DNA of 49,856 nt from Minisyncoccota bacterium (GTDB taxonomy: Bacteria > Patescibacteriota > Minisyncoccia > Phycocordibacterales > UBA9973): NCBI GenBank assembly GCA_043776915.1, contig JAYVQT010000038.1:1-49856 (forward strand), read 5' to 3'. A model generated the notes under the pieces. That model did not search any database. It saw only the letters and a list, made by a program, of their open reading frames with translations, and had not been told where the DNA came from. Every line of letters starts with the position of its first letter. The first letter of the stretch is position 1. The translations under genes were made by a program, and so were the position numbers. This document shows positions 9,544-19,128 of the stretch, piece by piece.

Positions 9544-11049
9544 TTACTTTTTTGAGGCGTTGAGGGCTATCTTCTGACTTGCGGAGAGGCCATGTGTAAT
9601 TTCCATCAGATTACCATCCCCGACAAATCCCGATGTCGTTACTTCATGCTTTATATACTTCTTACTTTTTTCATCGGTAATAAGATTAACGTACGATTTC
9701 CCCTCAACAGTTGTGACTGCCGCTTTCGGCACAGCGATAACATTAGGCTTAGTATCAACAGTAATCACAATCTCGGCATTCATGCCAGGTCGTATTTGAA
9801 CATCTTTTTCATTAATAGAAACTTTAATTTTATAATTTACGATTCCTTCAGTCGTTACTGACGATGGGTCAACGTGAACCACCTGACCAGTAAACTTTTT
9901 ATTCTTCCCTAGCGCATCAAACGTAAGATCAATAGATTGTCCGACTTTTACCTGAGCAATGTTTGACTCATTAATATCTGACTCAATGTAAAGATGAGTA
10001 ATGTCTTGAATAATGATTGATGGCTTCTTAATGTCAGCCAGCTCACCATACTTAATAGCTACTTTTGTGACTGTTCCAGATGCCGGAGCGCGAATTATCG
10101 TATCTTCGTATAATGCTTGTGCTGCTTGTAGACCACCTTCAGCAGATAGAACATCGGCCTGTCCGAGCTCCACATCAGACGGACGAGCTTGGGCTTTCTT
10201 CAGAGCAAGCTCCGCAGAGAGCTTATCGATAGTCGACTGTGATTCTTGGAGTGCAGATTGATAGGCATTATAATTCGTAAGATAGTTTGATGCTTTTTTG
10301 TTGGGAATGGTTACTACCCAGTTTGAAACAATATTACTAATGGTAGAGGGAAATTTAATATAGAGACCAGAGTTACCGAGAGGTTGAGTAGTTGTCGTCG
10401 TTACTACACCTGAGCCAGTCGTAAGGCCGGAAACTGAGAAGCTCGAACTACTACCAGTGGCATATATATTTATTTTAATAGTTCCTTCAGTCTCACCAGT
10501 ATAGCTTCCACTTATTGTTGGAGCAGTATAGTCACTCAAACCACCTTCAGGCACAGCTTCGGGTATAGAGTTCAGAAGAGTATGATACGCATTCTTCACA
10601 AGTATGGCTTGTGTCAGTTTTGCTTGGTCGAGGTTAACTTGGGCAAGAGTCACTTCTTCACCTGTTGCTCCTTCCATAGTACGCTTCAGCCGTGCTTCTG
10701 CTGCTGCGAGCGCACCACGAGCTTGCGTCAAACCTGCAAGCTCGGAGCTCTGTGATAATGAGGCTAGAATTTGTCCAGCGCTCACCGTGTCTCCGACTTC
10801 AGTGCGAATTGATTTGATCACGCCAGATTTATTAAATGAAAGTGATAAGTCAGTATTGGAAGTCACTTGACCAGTTGCTTGAATGGAGAGCGTTAGATCG
10901 CCGACAGTTGGCGTAATAACTGAAACCGAATTATTATTTCTATGAAACAGGAATACAAAAGCACCGATAACCACAATAAGAGCGACCGGTATAATAACCC
11001 TCTTTCTGAAAAAGAATTTTTTTATTTTATCTTTTTTACCAGGATTCAT
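9544..11049 (-). CDS. Membrane-fusion/periplasmic adaptor protein (MacA/HlyD family)
   Basis: N-terminal TM, VGDTVSAGQILA, IRAPASGTV, IRPGMNA. Confidence 0.93.
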   Translation of the reverse strand: MNPGKKDKIKKFFFRKRVIIPVALIVVIGAFVFLFHRNNNSVSVITPTVGDLTLSIQATGQVTSNTDLSLSFNKSGVIKSIRTEVGDTVSAGQILASLSQSSELAGLTQARGALAAAEARLKRTMEGATGEEVTLAQVNLDQAKLTQAILVKNAYHTLLNSIPEAVPEGGLSDYTAPTISGSYTGETEGTIKINIYATGSSSSFSVSGLTTGSGVVTTTTTQPLGNSGLYIKFPSTISNIVSNWVVTIPNKKASNYLTNYNAYQSALQESQSTIDKLSAELALKKAQARPSDVELGQADVLSAEGGLQAAQALYEDTIIRAPASGTVTKVAIKYGELADIKKPSIIIQDITHLYIESDINESNIAQVKVGQSIDLTFDALGKNKKFTGQVVHVDPSSVTTEGIVNYKIKVSINEKDVQIRPGMNAEIVITVDTKPNVIAVPKAAVTTVEGKSYVNLITDEKSKKYIKHEVTTSGFVGDGNLMEITHGLSASQKIALNASKK

Positions 11050-11051
11050 AC

Positions 11052-11516
11052 TTATTTAATTGCGACAAGTTCTACCTCAAAAATGAGAGTGGCATTAGGT
11101 GGTATAGACCCCTGTCCTCGTGCTCCGTATCCTTTCTCTGGTAGAATAGTAAGAGTTTTCTTTTCTCCAATTTTCATACCCACTAAACCTTCATCCCATC
11201 CTTTTATAACTTGACCAGCTCCTAAGATAAATTCAAAAGGCTGAACATGTCCAAACTTTGGGTCAACATTCGAATCAAAAACTGTGCCATCAGTTAAACG
11301 ACCAGTGTAATTCATGCTTAAGGTGTCTCCGTTTTTTGCTATTTTTTCCATAGGTTTTGTATCAGAAATTGCAATTGTACTCTCAGGTGCACCACTTTCT
11401 GAAACAGTCTCAGAACTTTTATGCAAAAGAGCGTAAACGACAAGTCCAACGATTGCGACGACAATAATAAAAGAAACAATGATGCTGATATTTAAATCGG
11501 ATTTTTTATCTTCCAT
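11052..11516 (-). CDS. Membrane-anchored FKBP-type peptidyl-prolyl isomerase (start revised to MEDKK)
   Basis: YTGRLTDGTVFDS, QVIKGWDEG, IPPNATLIFEVEL. Confidence 0.96.
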   Translation of the reverse strand: MEDKKSDLNISIIVSFIIVVAIVGLVVYALLHKSSETVSESGAPESTIAISDTKPMEKIAKNGDTLSMNYTGRLTDGTVFDSNVDPKFGHVQPFEFILGAGQVIKGWDEGLVGMKIGEKKTLTILPEKGYGARGQGSIPPNATLIFEVELVAIK

Positions 11517-11723
11517 ATAAATGTAACAGAACCCAGCCTCGTACATACTCTTTACGAGCGCAGTGCCTTCTGATTAACTAATATGAAAGTTATTGTAACA
11601 TATCCCCTCTTTTGTATAAACCCTTGACAGGCTGAGTAACTTTTGTAACACGTGCAGTAAGATTCTTATGTAATACTAATTTTTAAAGAAATGATGAAGG
11701 GCTCTTTTCTTATGTCAGTCGTC

Positions 11724-13865
11724 TTACTTTCTTGATTCAATAATCGTTGTTGCTACGTTCTGAGGAACGATATCATAACGAAGGAATTCCATTGTGAAGG
11801 AAGCACGGCCTTCAGTCATCGAACGAAGAGTCGTCATGTAGCCGAACATTTCTGAGAGAGGTACGATAGCTTTGACTGCTTGGTTAAGCCCGCGTTGCTC
11901 CATACCTTCAATCAGTCCACGCTTTGATGACAGACTGCCTGTCACATCACCCATGAATTTGTCTGGGGTCACCACTTCGACTCTCATCATCGGCTCGAGG
12001 ATCACCGGCTTGGCCATTTTACATGCATCTTGAACAGCCATTGAAGCAGCAATTTTAAAAGCCATTTCATTGGAGTCAACATCATGGTAACTTCCGTCGT
12101 AAAGATCCACTGAGACATTCTCAAGCTTAAATCCTGCAAGAACTCCACGATCGAGACCTTCTTTGAATCCTTTTTCGCACGCAGGAATATATTCTTGTGG
12201 AATAGCCCCTCCTTTAATCGTATTAATAAATTCGAATCCTTTCTCGCGCTTAATGTTCTTTGGAAGATCTTCAACATCAACGGACATATCCATCGGCTTG
12301 ATTTTGATCTTGACATGCCCGTAGTTACCACGGCCTCCTGATTGCTTGATATACTTACCTTCCACTTGCGCTTCACCGGTAATCGTCTCGCGATAAGCAA
12401 CTTGTGGCTTGCCGACATTTGTCTCGACAGAGAACTCGCGCTTCATACGGTCAACGATAATCTCAAGATGGAGCTCTCCCATTCCAGCAATAATCGTTTC
12501 ATTTGTTTCAGCATCAGTTGATACTTTAAATGTCGGATCTTCTTGTGCAAGACGGTTGAGTGCCATACCCATTTTCTCTTGATCGGCTTTTGTCTTTGGC
12601 TCAACGCGAAGTGAGATAACTGGCTCAGGGAATACAATACGGTAAAGCTCAATAGGGTTTTCTTCATCGCACAGTGTGTCAGAGGTAATGGTATCTTTAA
12701 GTCCAACAGCGGCAGCAATCTCACCAGCAAAGACTTTTTTCACTTCTTCACGTTCGTTTGCATGCATTCGAAGTATACGGCCGATACGCTCTTTGTTACC
12801 CGTACGAGGATTATAAATATAACTTCCAGCCGTGACACTACCAGAGTACACGCGGAAGAAAATGATCTGCCCAACAAATGGGTCAGTCGCCACTTTAAAT
12901 GCAAGCGCTGAGAATGGTACATCATCTGATGCAGGACGATCCATCACTTCATCGGTATCTGGATTCACACCTTGAATGGCAGGAATATCGAGCGGACTTG
13001 GAAGGTAGTCGACAACAGCATCAAGGACGAGCTGGACACCTTTGTTCTTAAGAGCACTACCAGCAAAAACGGGGAAAATTTCATTAGCAATAACGCCTTT
13101 ACGCATCAGCTTCTTCAACACTTCGACAGAAGGTATTTTACCTTCGAGATATTCATTCATGACGACGTCATCTTGCTCAACGATCTTCTCGACAAGCTCG
13201 GCGTGATATTTCAGAGCATCAGCTTTGAGATTCTCAGGAATATCTTTTTCGATAACTTTATTACCCATCTCCCCTTCGAAGTAGTAAGCTTTCATTTTTA
13301 GAAGATCAATAACTCCTTCATGTTTTTCTTCAAGACCGATCGGAATCTGCATACGAATAGCTTTCTTTGTAAGTCTTTCATGGATAGTCTTATATGAATG
13401 CTCAAAAGAAGCACCTATGCGGTCAAGTTTGTTTATAAAGCAAATACGGGGAACGGAAGCTTCATCGGCATAACGCCAGTTCGTCTCAGACTGTGGCTCA
13501 ACACCAGCCACGCCGTCAAAGACGACAACTGCGCCGTCGAGCACGCGAAGTGAGCGCTTCACTTCAACAGTGAAGTCGATGTGACCAGGTGTATCAATAA
13601 TATTAAAACGATGTTTCTTATTTTTATCAGTTAGAGCGTAAGTCGGTGTCCAGAAGCAGGTGACCGCGGCAGATGTGATGGTGATACCACGCTCACGCTC
13701 TTGCTCCATCCAGTCAGTCGTCGTTTCTCCATCGTGCACTTCGCCGATCTTGTGTGACACTCCCGTGTAAAACAATACACGTTCGGTCGTCGTAGTCTTA
13801 CCCGCATCAATGTGGGCGATAATTCCAATATTTCTAACTTTTTCTAAGGGGTAATCTCTTTCCAT
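11724..13865 (-). CDS. fusA: Elongation factor G
   Basis: [31 protein letters not shown]. Confidence 0.99.
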   Translation of the reverse strand: MERDYPLEKVRNIGIIAHIDAGKTTTTERVLFYTGVSHKIGEVHDGETTTDWMEQERERGITITSAAVTCFWTPTYALTDKNKKHRFNIIDTPGHIDFTVEVKRSLRVLDGAVVVFDGVAGVEPQSETNWRYADEASVPRICFINKLDRIGASFEHSYKTIHERLTKKAIRMQIPIGLEEKHEGVIDLLKMKAYYFEGEMGNKVIEKDIPENLKADALKYHAELVEKIVEQDDVVMNEYLEGKIPSVEVLKKLMRKGVIANEIFPVFAGSALKNKGVQLVLDAVVDYLPSPLDIPAIQGVNPDTDEVMDRPASDDVPFSALAFKVATDPFVGQIIFFRVYSGSVTAGSYIYNPRTGNKERIGRILRMHANEREEVKKVFAGEIAAAVGLKDTITSDTLCDEENPIELYRIVFPEPVISLRVEPKTKADQEKMGMALNRLAQEDPTFKVSTDAETNETIIAGMGELHLEIIVDRMKREFSVETNVGKPQVAYRETITGEAQVEGKYIKQSGGRGNYGHVKIKIKPMDMSVDVEDLPKNIKREKGFEFINTIKGGAIPQEYIPACEKGFKEGLDRGVLAGFKLENVSVDLYDGSYHDVDSNEMAFKIAASMAVQDACKMAKPVILEPMMRVEVVTPDKFMGDVTGSLSSKRGLIEGMEQRGLNQAVKAIVPLSEMFGYMTTLRSMTEGRASFTMEFLRYDIVPQNVATTIIESRK

Positions 13866-13874
13866 ACATCAAAA

Positions 13875-14345
13875 TTACCAAGCAAAATGGGCAAATGCCT
13901 TGTTAGACTCTGCCATCTTATGAGTGTCGTCGCGCTTCTTCACAGCAGAGCCTTCGTTTTTGGAAGCGAGAATTAATTCTTCAGCAAGCTTCTGGTGAAT
14001 CGGGGCACCTTTCTTTCCTCGTGCTGCAAGGATAATCCAGCGCATAGCGAGAGCCGTACGGCGCTCAGGTCTAACTTCACGAGGGACTTGGTAGTTCGCA
14101 CCGCCGATACGTCGTGAACGGACTTCTACTTGTGGTCCAGCGTTTTTGATGGCAGTGTCAAAGACTTCAAGAGGGTTTGGATTGTTAGTTTTCTCTTTTA
14201 TGATATCAAAAGCAAGGTAGACGGCTTTACGAGCAGTCTCCTTCTTACCATGGAGCATGATATTGTTAATAAACTTCGCAAGCTTTGGCGAGTTATACAT
14301 GATATCAGCTTCAACTACGTTTCGGTTTTTTATTTTTCTTCGCAT
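13875..14345 (-). CDS. rpsG: 30S ribosomal protein S7
   Basis: RRIGGANYQVP, HKMAESNKAFAH. Confidence 0.99.
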   Translation of the reverse strand: MRRKIKNRNVVEADIMYNSPKLAKFINNIMLHGKKETARKAVYLAFDIIKEKTNNPNPLEVFDTAIKNAGPQVEVRSRRIGGANYQVPREVRPERRTALAMRWIILAARGKKGAPIHQKLAEELILASKNEGSAVKKRDDTHKMAESNKAFAHFAW

Positions 14346-14366
14346 ACTTATGTTATTATATTATTT

Positions 14367-14789
14367 TTATTTCTTGGCTTCCTTAGGAGTTTTTGCACCA
14401 TAGAGACTTCGTGACTGACGGCGCTTGTCGACACCGGTAGCATCGAGGCGTCCACGAACGATGTGGTACCTGACTCCAATCAAGTCCTTCACACGCCCAC
14501 CGCGAATCATAACAACTGAGTGCTCTTGGAGGTTGTGACCTTCACCAGGGATATATGCAGTAACCTCCATACCATTCGTAAGGCGGACACGAGCAATCTT
14601 TCTGAGCGCAGAGTTCGGCTTCTTTGGAGTAGTCGTAGATACTTTCGTACACACACCACGCTTAAATGGAGACGGGTAGAAGACGGGCTTATTCTTTATC
14701 GAATTAAAACCACGCGCAAGCGCGACAGCTTTTGATTTTTTTTTAATTATTTTACGGCTCTTACGAACCAATTGATTTATTGTAGGCAT
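14367..14789 (-). CDS. rpsL: 30S ribosomal protein S12 (start revised to MPTINQL)
   Basis: [23 protein letters not shown]. Confidence 0.99.
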   Translation of the reverse strand: MPTINQLVRKSRKIIKKKSKAVALARGFNSIKNKPVFYPSPFKRGVCTKVSTTTPKKPNSALRKIARVRLTNGMEVTAYIPGEGHNLQEHSVVMIRGGRVKDLIGVRYHIVRGRLDATGVDKRRQSRSLYGAKTPKEAKK

Positions 14790-14886
14790 ATGTGTAGTAA
14801 AACAAAAATAGTCGCTCATGGACTAGTCAGAACACTTTACTATACAGGGCTTAAAAATGCAAGTCTTTCTAAAGTCCGGGTACGAA

Positions 14887-15531
14887 CTAATGAAGGCCTG
14901 TTATAAACGAGAAGGCAACGTAGATAAGTGGTGACACATGACTCCATAGAAAGATAATAAAGAAGAGTAAGATAAACATCCCCCACTGTTCCAAGAAATT
15001 CTGAATATACCGAAGTCGTGAAGGCAGAAAAGAGAAAAGGATTTTTGATCCATCAAGTGGCGGAATCGGTATAATATTGAATAAAGCGAGGACAAGATTA
15101 GTGAGAACAATAATAGTCGTTATTTTATAGAAAGGGTGGATGAGCAGTGGATCCAGACTAGAGAGAGGTAGTCCGAAGAACGGAGCAAATCTAATAATAA
15201 ATCCAAAAATAAGTGCAATAAGTAAGTTCGCAAGAATACCAGCAAATGACACTATGATCGTACCCTTTTTTACATCACGCAAGTTATCTGGGTTGTAGGG
15301 TACCGGCTTTGCCCAACCGACGACAAAACCAGTATTACTAATAATTAGAAGCAACGGGAGAATAACCGATCCAAATGGATCCAGATGCTTGAGTGGATTA
15401 AGGGTCAGCCGTCCTTGTAGTCGTGCTGTATTGTCGCCAAGAAGATATGCGCTGTAGCCATGAGCCACTTCATGAATAACGACAGACATTATAAGAATAC
15501 CAACATAAAATATTCCATCAATTGCTTGCAT
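14887..15531 (-). CDS. Site-2 protease (peptidase M50), start revised to MQAIDG
   Basis: HEVAH, GWAKPVP, NIIPIPPLDG motifs in a hydrophobic protein. Confidence 0.95.
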   Translation of the reverse strand: MQAIDGIFYVGILIMSVVIHEVAHGYSAYLLGDNTARLQGRLTLNPLKHLDPFGSVILPLLLIISNTGFVVGWAKPVPYNPDNLRDVKKGTIIVSFAGILANLLIALIFGFIIRFAPFFGLPLSSLDPLLIHPFYKITTIIVLTNLVLALFNIIPIPPLDGSKILFSFLPSRLRYIQNFLEQWGMFILLFFIIFLWSHVSPLIYVAFSFITGLH

Positions 15532-15565
15532 ATATATGTCCTCTATGATAGCATAGGACTCACAT

Positions 15566-15811
15566 ATGGCAAAAGTCTGCGCAATAACTAAAAAGGGTTC
15601 AATCATGGGTGGTGGCTACTCGAACGTTGTTCGTGCTACTAAGTTCAACCCGACTGGCATGGTTCGCAAATATCCGAACCTTCAAAAGAAGCGTATCTAC
15701 GTACCTGAGCTTAAAAAGTACTTTCCCTTGACACTCTCAACCTCTGCTATTAAAACAATCAACAAGCATGGCGCCTACACTGTACTCAAAAAAGCTGGAA
15801 TCATAAAATAA
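15566..15811 (+). CDS. rpmB: 50S ribosomal protein L28
   Basis: MAKVCAITKK...YPNLQKKRIYVPE...KTINKHG. Confidence 0.93.
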   Translation: MAKVCAITKKGSIMGGGYSNVVRATKFNPTGMVRKYPNLQKKRIYVPELKKYFPLTLSTSAIKTINKHGAYTVLKKAGIIK

Positions 15812-15838
15812 ACCACACGATTGTGTGGTTTATTTTAT
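15803..15838. terminator. Bidirectional terminator
   Basis: ATAAAATAAACCACAC-gatt-GTGTGGTTTATTTTAT between convergent genes. Confidence 0.8.
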
Positions 15839-16701
15839 TGAAAAAGCTTTTCTCCATCTGTTGTAAGAATAATAGTACCTTGCTGATATGTACCACGATA
15901 GGGAATATGAAAATTAGTTAATCTCTCAAGTATATCCGTATGAGGGTGACCGTAGCGATTATTTTTGCCAGCTGAAATAATAGCGATATCAGGCTGTACT
16001 TCTTCAAGCCAGAGCTCGCTCGATGATGTATGCGACCCATGATGCCCAAGCTTTAATACCTGCGCATGAAGAGTCTCAGGGGCCTCATTATTTTTTATTA
16101 AAAGCTCTGTGTATTTCGTCGCATCCCCCATCAACATAAATGCTTGCTTGCCATACACAAGCTTGCCGACTATCGATCCATCATTCGGGGACCACGAGCT
16201 CATATCACGATCAGGAAAAAGAATATCTATATAAATATTTTTCTCAGCATCAAGTATAATATGCATACCACGGTGTGCAATCTCTTTTTTAACGTTATGC
16301 TTTACAACTTCATCTTCGAGCGTCTTATAGATACGTGTCGTCTTTTGTGTACCAGGCTCAAGAATTTCATTCACCGTATATTTCTGGATCACATCGACAA
16401 ACCCGGCTATGTGATCTTTATCTGGATTTGTGACTATCAGCATATCAATCGAGCGATCAGCGAACGGCATAACCTCTGCCAATTTTGATAAAATAATCGG
16501 ACCTGGTCCCCCATCGACAAGTATCTGTCGACCATTCGGCGCTTCGATATAGATAGCATCTCCTTGGCCAACATCCAAGAATGCTACTTTCAGAAGTGTG
16601 CTCTGTACTGTTTGAGTATGGGAAATATACCAAATACCTACAGCTGAAAACACTAAAAATAAAACGAGTGCATATGGTAAATATCTGCGAAAATTTTTCA
16701 T
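15835..16701 (-). CDS. ComEC/Rec2-type metallo-beta-lactamase-fold nuclease domain, standalone
   Basis: FLDVGQGDA, TNPDKDHIAG, KLGHHGS, NRYGHP; N-terminal anchor. Confidence 0.93.
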   Translation of the reverse strand: MKNFRRYLPYALVLFLVFSAVGIWYISHTQTVQSTLLKVAFLDVGQGDAIYIEAPNGRQILVDGGPGPIILSKLAEVMPFADRSIDMLIVTNPDKDHIAGFVDVIQKYTVNEILEPGTQKTTRIYKTLEDEVVKHNVKKEIAHRGMHIILDAEKNIYIDILFPDRDMSSWSPNDGSIVGKLVYGKQAFMLMGDATKYTELLIKNNEAPETLHAQVLKLGHHGSHTSSSELWLEEVQPDIAIISAGKNNRYGHPHTDILERLTNFHIPYRGTYQQGTIILTTDGEKLFQ

Positions 16702-16739
16702 GATATACTATATATATTACCACTAAGGACAATAATAGT

Positions 16740-17333
16740 ATGGAGGCATTCGCACTTAAAACATTTACATTACCAGAGCTCACGGGCATCAGCGCGAAAA
16801 ATATCGAGGAGCATATAAAGCTTTATAAAGGCTACGTCACGAATGCAAATTTAATTTTTAACACGTTATTAGAATTAAAATCTGATCCTGAGAAAAATGG
16901 CTTTGTTATGGGAGAATTACAACGACGCTTCTCATTTGAATTCGATGGTATGCGTAATCACGAATATTATTTTCATTCACTCGAATGTGGAGCTCAAACC
17001 TTATCATCAGAAAGTATCTTAAAAACTCGGATTGAAAAAGACTGGGGTTCATTTGATAATTTTCTCATGCATTTCGAATTTGTAGCAATGACTCGCGGTG
17101 TCGGCTGGGCCATACTTTACTTCGACAAATTAACCGACAAATTAATTATCGGCTGGGTAGAAGAACAACATCTCGGCCACCTCACTGGCCTCTCCCCTGT
17201 CCTTATGCTCGATATGTGGGAGCATGCCTACGTCTACGACTATCCGACAAGTGAAAAGAAAAAGTATATTAATGCATTCTTTGCAAACCTCAACTGGGAA
17301 GTCATTGAAGAAAATTTTAAGAAAGCTCAGTAA
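16740..17333 (+). CDS. Fe/Mn superoxide dismutase family protein
   Basis: EEHIKLYKGYV, NHEYYF, LDMWEHAY. Confidence 0.92.
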   Translation: MEAFALKTFTLPELTGISAKNIEEHIKLYKGYVTNANLIFNTLLELKSDPEKNGFVMGELQRRFSFEFDGMRNHEYYFHSLECGAQTLSSESILKTRIEKDWGSFDNFLMHFEFVAMTRGVGWAILYFDKLTDKLIIGWVEEQHLGHLTGLSPVLMLDMWEHAYVYDYPTSEKKKYINAFFANLNWEVIEENFKKAQ

Positions 17334-18628
17334 TTATTTTTCTTTGTTAGCCACCATAAAAGAAGTCCATATAATAGTATTGTAATAAAAAGCGGAAATG
17401 ACGAGATAGTCACACTTGCATATGGTAATTGAGCAAAGAAGTGAATAACTGAAAGAATAGAAAGGAGTAAGAGATGGGCAATATACGCAAACGGTAGCGC
17501 TAAAATTGGAGAAATAAATCCTAAGATACCAACAATAAAAATCATGAACATCGTCAGAGGAATAAATGGCAAGATGAGAATGTTGGCTGGTAGTGAAACC
17601 AAAGAAAGAATTCCGGTGGCATAGAGAAGAAGCGGGAGGACAGCTATAGTCGCACCAATAGTCGTCGCTACAAGTTCACGAAATCCAAACCGCAGTGGTA
17701 AAAATCTTACCCACGTAATAACTTTTGGTGTTACAAACAGCACACCACCCGTCGCCAAAAACGAAAGCTGAAAAGAAATATCCGTAAGCACCCGTGGATC
17801 ATACGCAATCATCAGAAGTGCAGCGATTACGAGTGCTCGGCCTGCATTGTAGGTACGGCCAGTCATACGCGCAAAAAGCGCAATCGTGGCCATGATGCCG
17901 GCGCGAATAGCCGTCGAAGATGCACCAGCAAGTAGTATAAATAAAATAATAACTATAACTCCAAAAACTATTGATACAGTTTCAGCAAATACAAGCCCAA
18001 GTACTTTCATCACTCCTTCAGCAACAATGGTGACGTTATACCCTGAAAGTGCAATAATATGAATCGTGCCTGTTGAGATAAATTCATTCCGCATATCTTG
18101 ATCGAAGCCACCACGCGCACCAAGTACTAAACCATTGGCCAAATCACTCTCGGGCGGATTAATACCGTTACCAATATTTCTCATGAACGAATTGCGAAGT
18201 GAGTAAAGTACTGACTTCACTTTCGACCCGTGGCCATGCGAGATGACTTCTACTTCAGCATTTTTAATAATAAAATATATATCTTGGTTCGCCAGGTATC
18301 GCACATAGTTAAACTCTTTACCAGAGGATGTCTCGAAATTCTCTGGTGTAGCGAGTACACCCTTCGCTTTTATTTTATCTCCATAAGAAATATGTATATA
18401 AAGTGGTATAATAACCAAAATATTTGATTCTTGATTCTCTGGTGTAATTGTAATCCTTTGATTATTCAACCGTACATCAGGAGTGTTCGTTACAATACCT
18501 TCAACACTCACTGTCTTTCCAACTGCAGTCGTATACTCCGACACTTTCGGTATAAAAAATAAAAAACGCACCACAGACATCCCAATTAAAACAAGTGATA
18601 TAAAAATTTCTTTTTTAGTAATTTTCAT
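17327..18628 (-). CDS. comEC: ComEC/Rec2 competence membrane channel (OB-like plus Competence domain)
   Basis: GTIHIIALSGYNV, SAIRAGIM-like segment, ISFQLSFLAT, many TM helices. Confidence 0.93.
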   Translation of the reverse strand: MKITKKEIFISLVLIGMSVVRFLFFIPKVSEYTTAVGKTVSVEGIVTNTPDVRLNNQRITITPENQESNILVIIPLYIHISYGDKIKAKGVLATPENFETSSGKEFNYVRYLANQDIYFIIKNAEVEVISHGHGSKVKSVLYSLRNSFMRNIGNGINPPESDLANGLVLGARGGFDQDMRNEFISTGTIHIIALSGYNVTIVAEGVMKVLGLVFAETVSIVFGVIVIILFILLAGASSTAIRAGIMATIALFARMTGRTYNAGRALVIAALLMIAYDPRVLTDISFQLSFLATGGVLFVTPKVITWVRFLPLRFGFRELVATTIGATIAVLPLLLYATGILSLVSLPANILILPFIPLTMFMIFIVGILGFISPILALPFAYIAHLLLLSILSVIHFFAQLPYASVTISSFPLFITILLYGLLLWWLTKKNNY

Positions 18629-18658
18629 ACAGAGTGTGGAAACACAATTATACAGACT

Positions 18659-19126
18659 TTATAATATATGATTTTCTTGCAATGACGAACAGCTCGTTGC
18701 AATCTCATCGGCACGAATGTTATGCACAATATCAGAATGTCCTTTGACTTTCTGCCACGATAGATTACCTTTAAATTCTCGTACAAAGTTGATTAATTCT
18801 TTCCATAAATCCTGATTAAGGACGGCTTTTTTATTAGCAGTTTTCCAGCCGTTTTTTTCCCAGTTGTGTATCCAGGTCGTCACTCCCCCGAGAACATAAG
18901 CCGAATCAGCGTGAATACTAACTTCCGCATCTCTATATTTTTTTATACTGTACTCCAAAGCTTTAATAACAGCCTTGAGTTCCATACGATTGTTCGTTGT
19001 TTCTTTTTCAAATCCGCCGAGCTCTTGTATGACTTTCCCATACTCAATAATCACAACTCCGTAGCCTCCCTTGCCAGGATTTCCAAGTGACGATCCATCA
19101 GTATATATTTCAATCTTTTTATTCAT
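18659..19126 (-). CDS. rnhA: Ribonuclease HI
   Basis: YTDGSSLGNPG, TTNNRMEL, VKGHS..NIRAD. Confidence 0.97.
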   Translation of the reverse strand: MNKKIEIYTDGSSLGNPGKGGYGVVIIEYGKVIQELGGFEKETTNNRMELKAVIKALEYSIKKYRDAEVSIHADSAYVLGGVTTWIHNWEKNGWKTANKKAVLNQDLWKELINFVREFKGNLSWQKVKGHSDIVHNIRADEIATSCSSLQENHIL

Positions 19127-19128
19127 AA

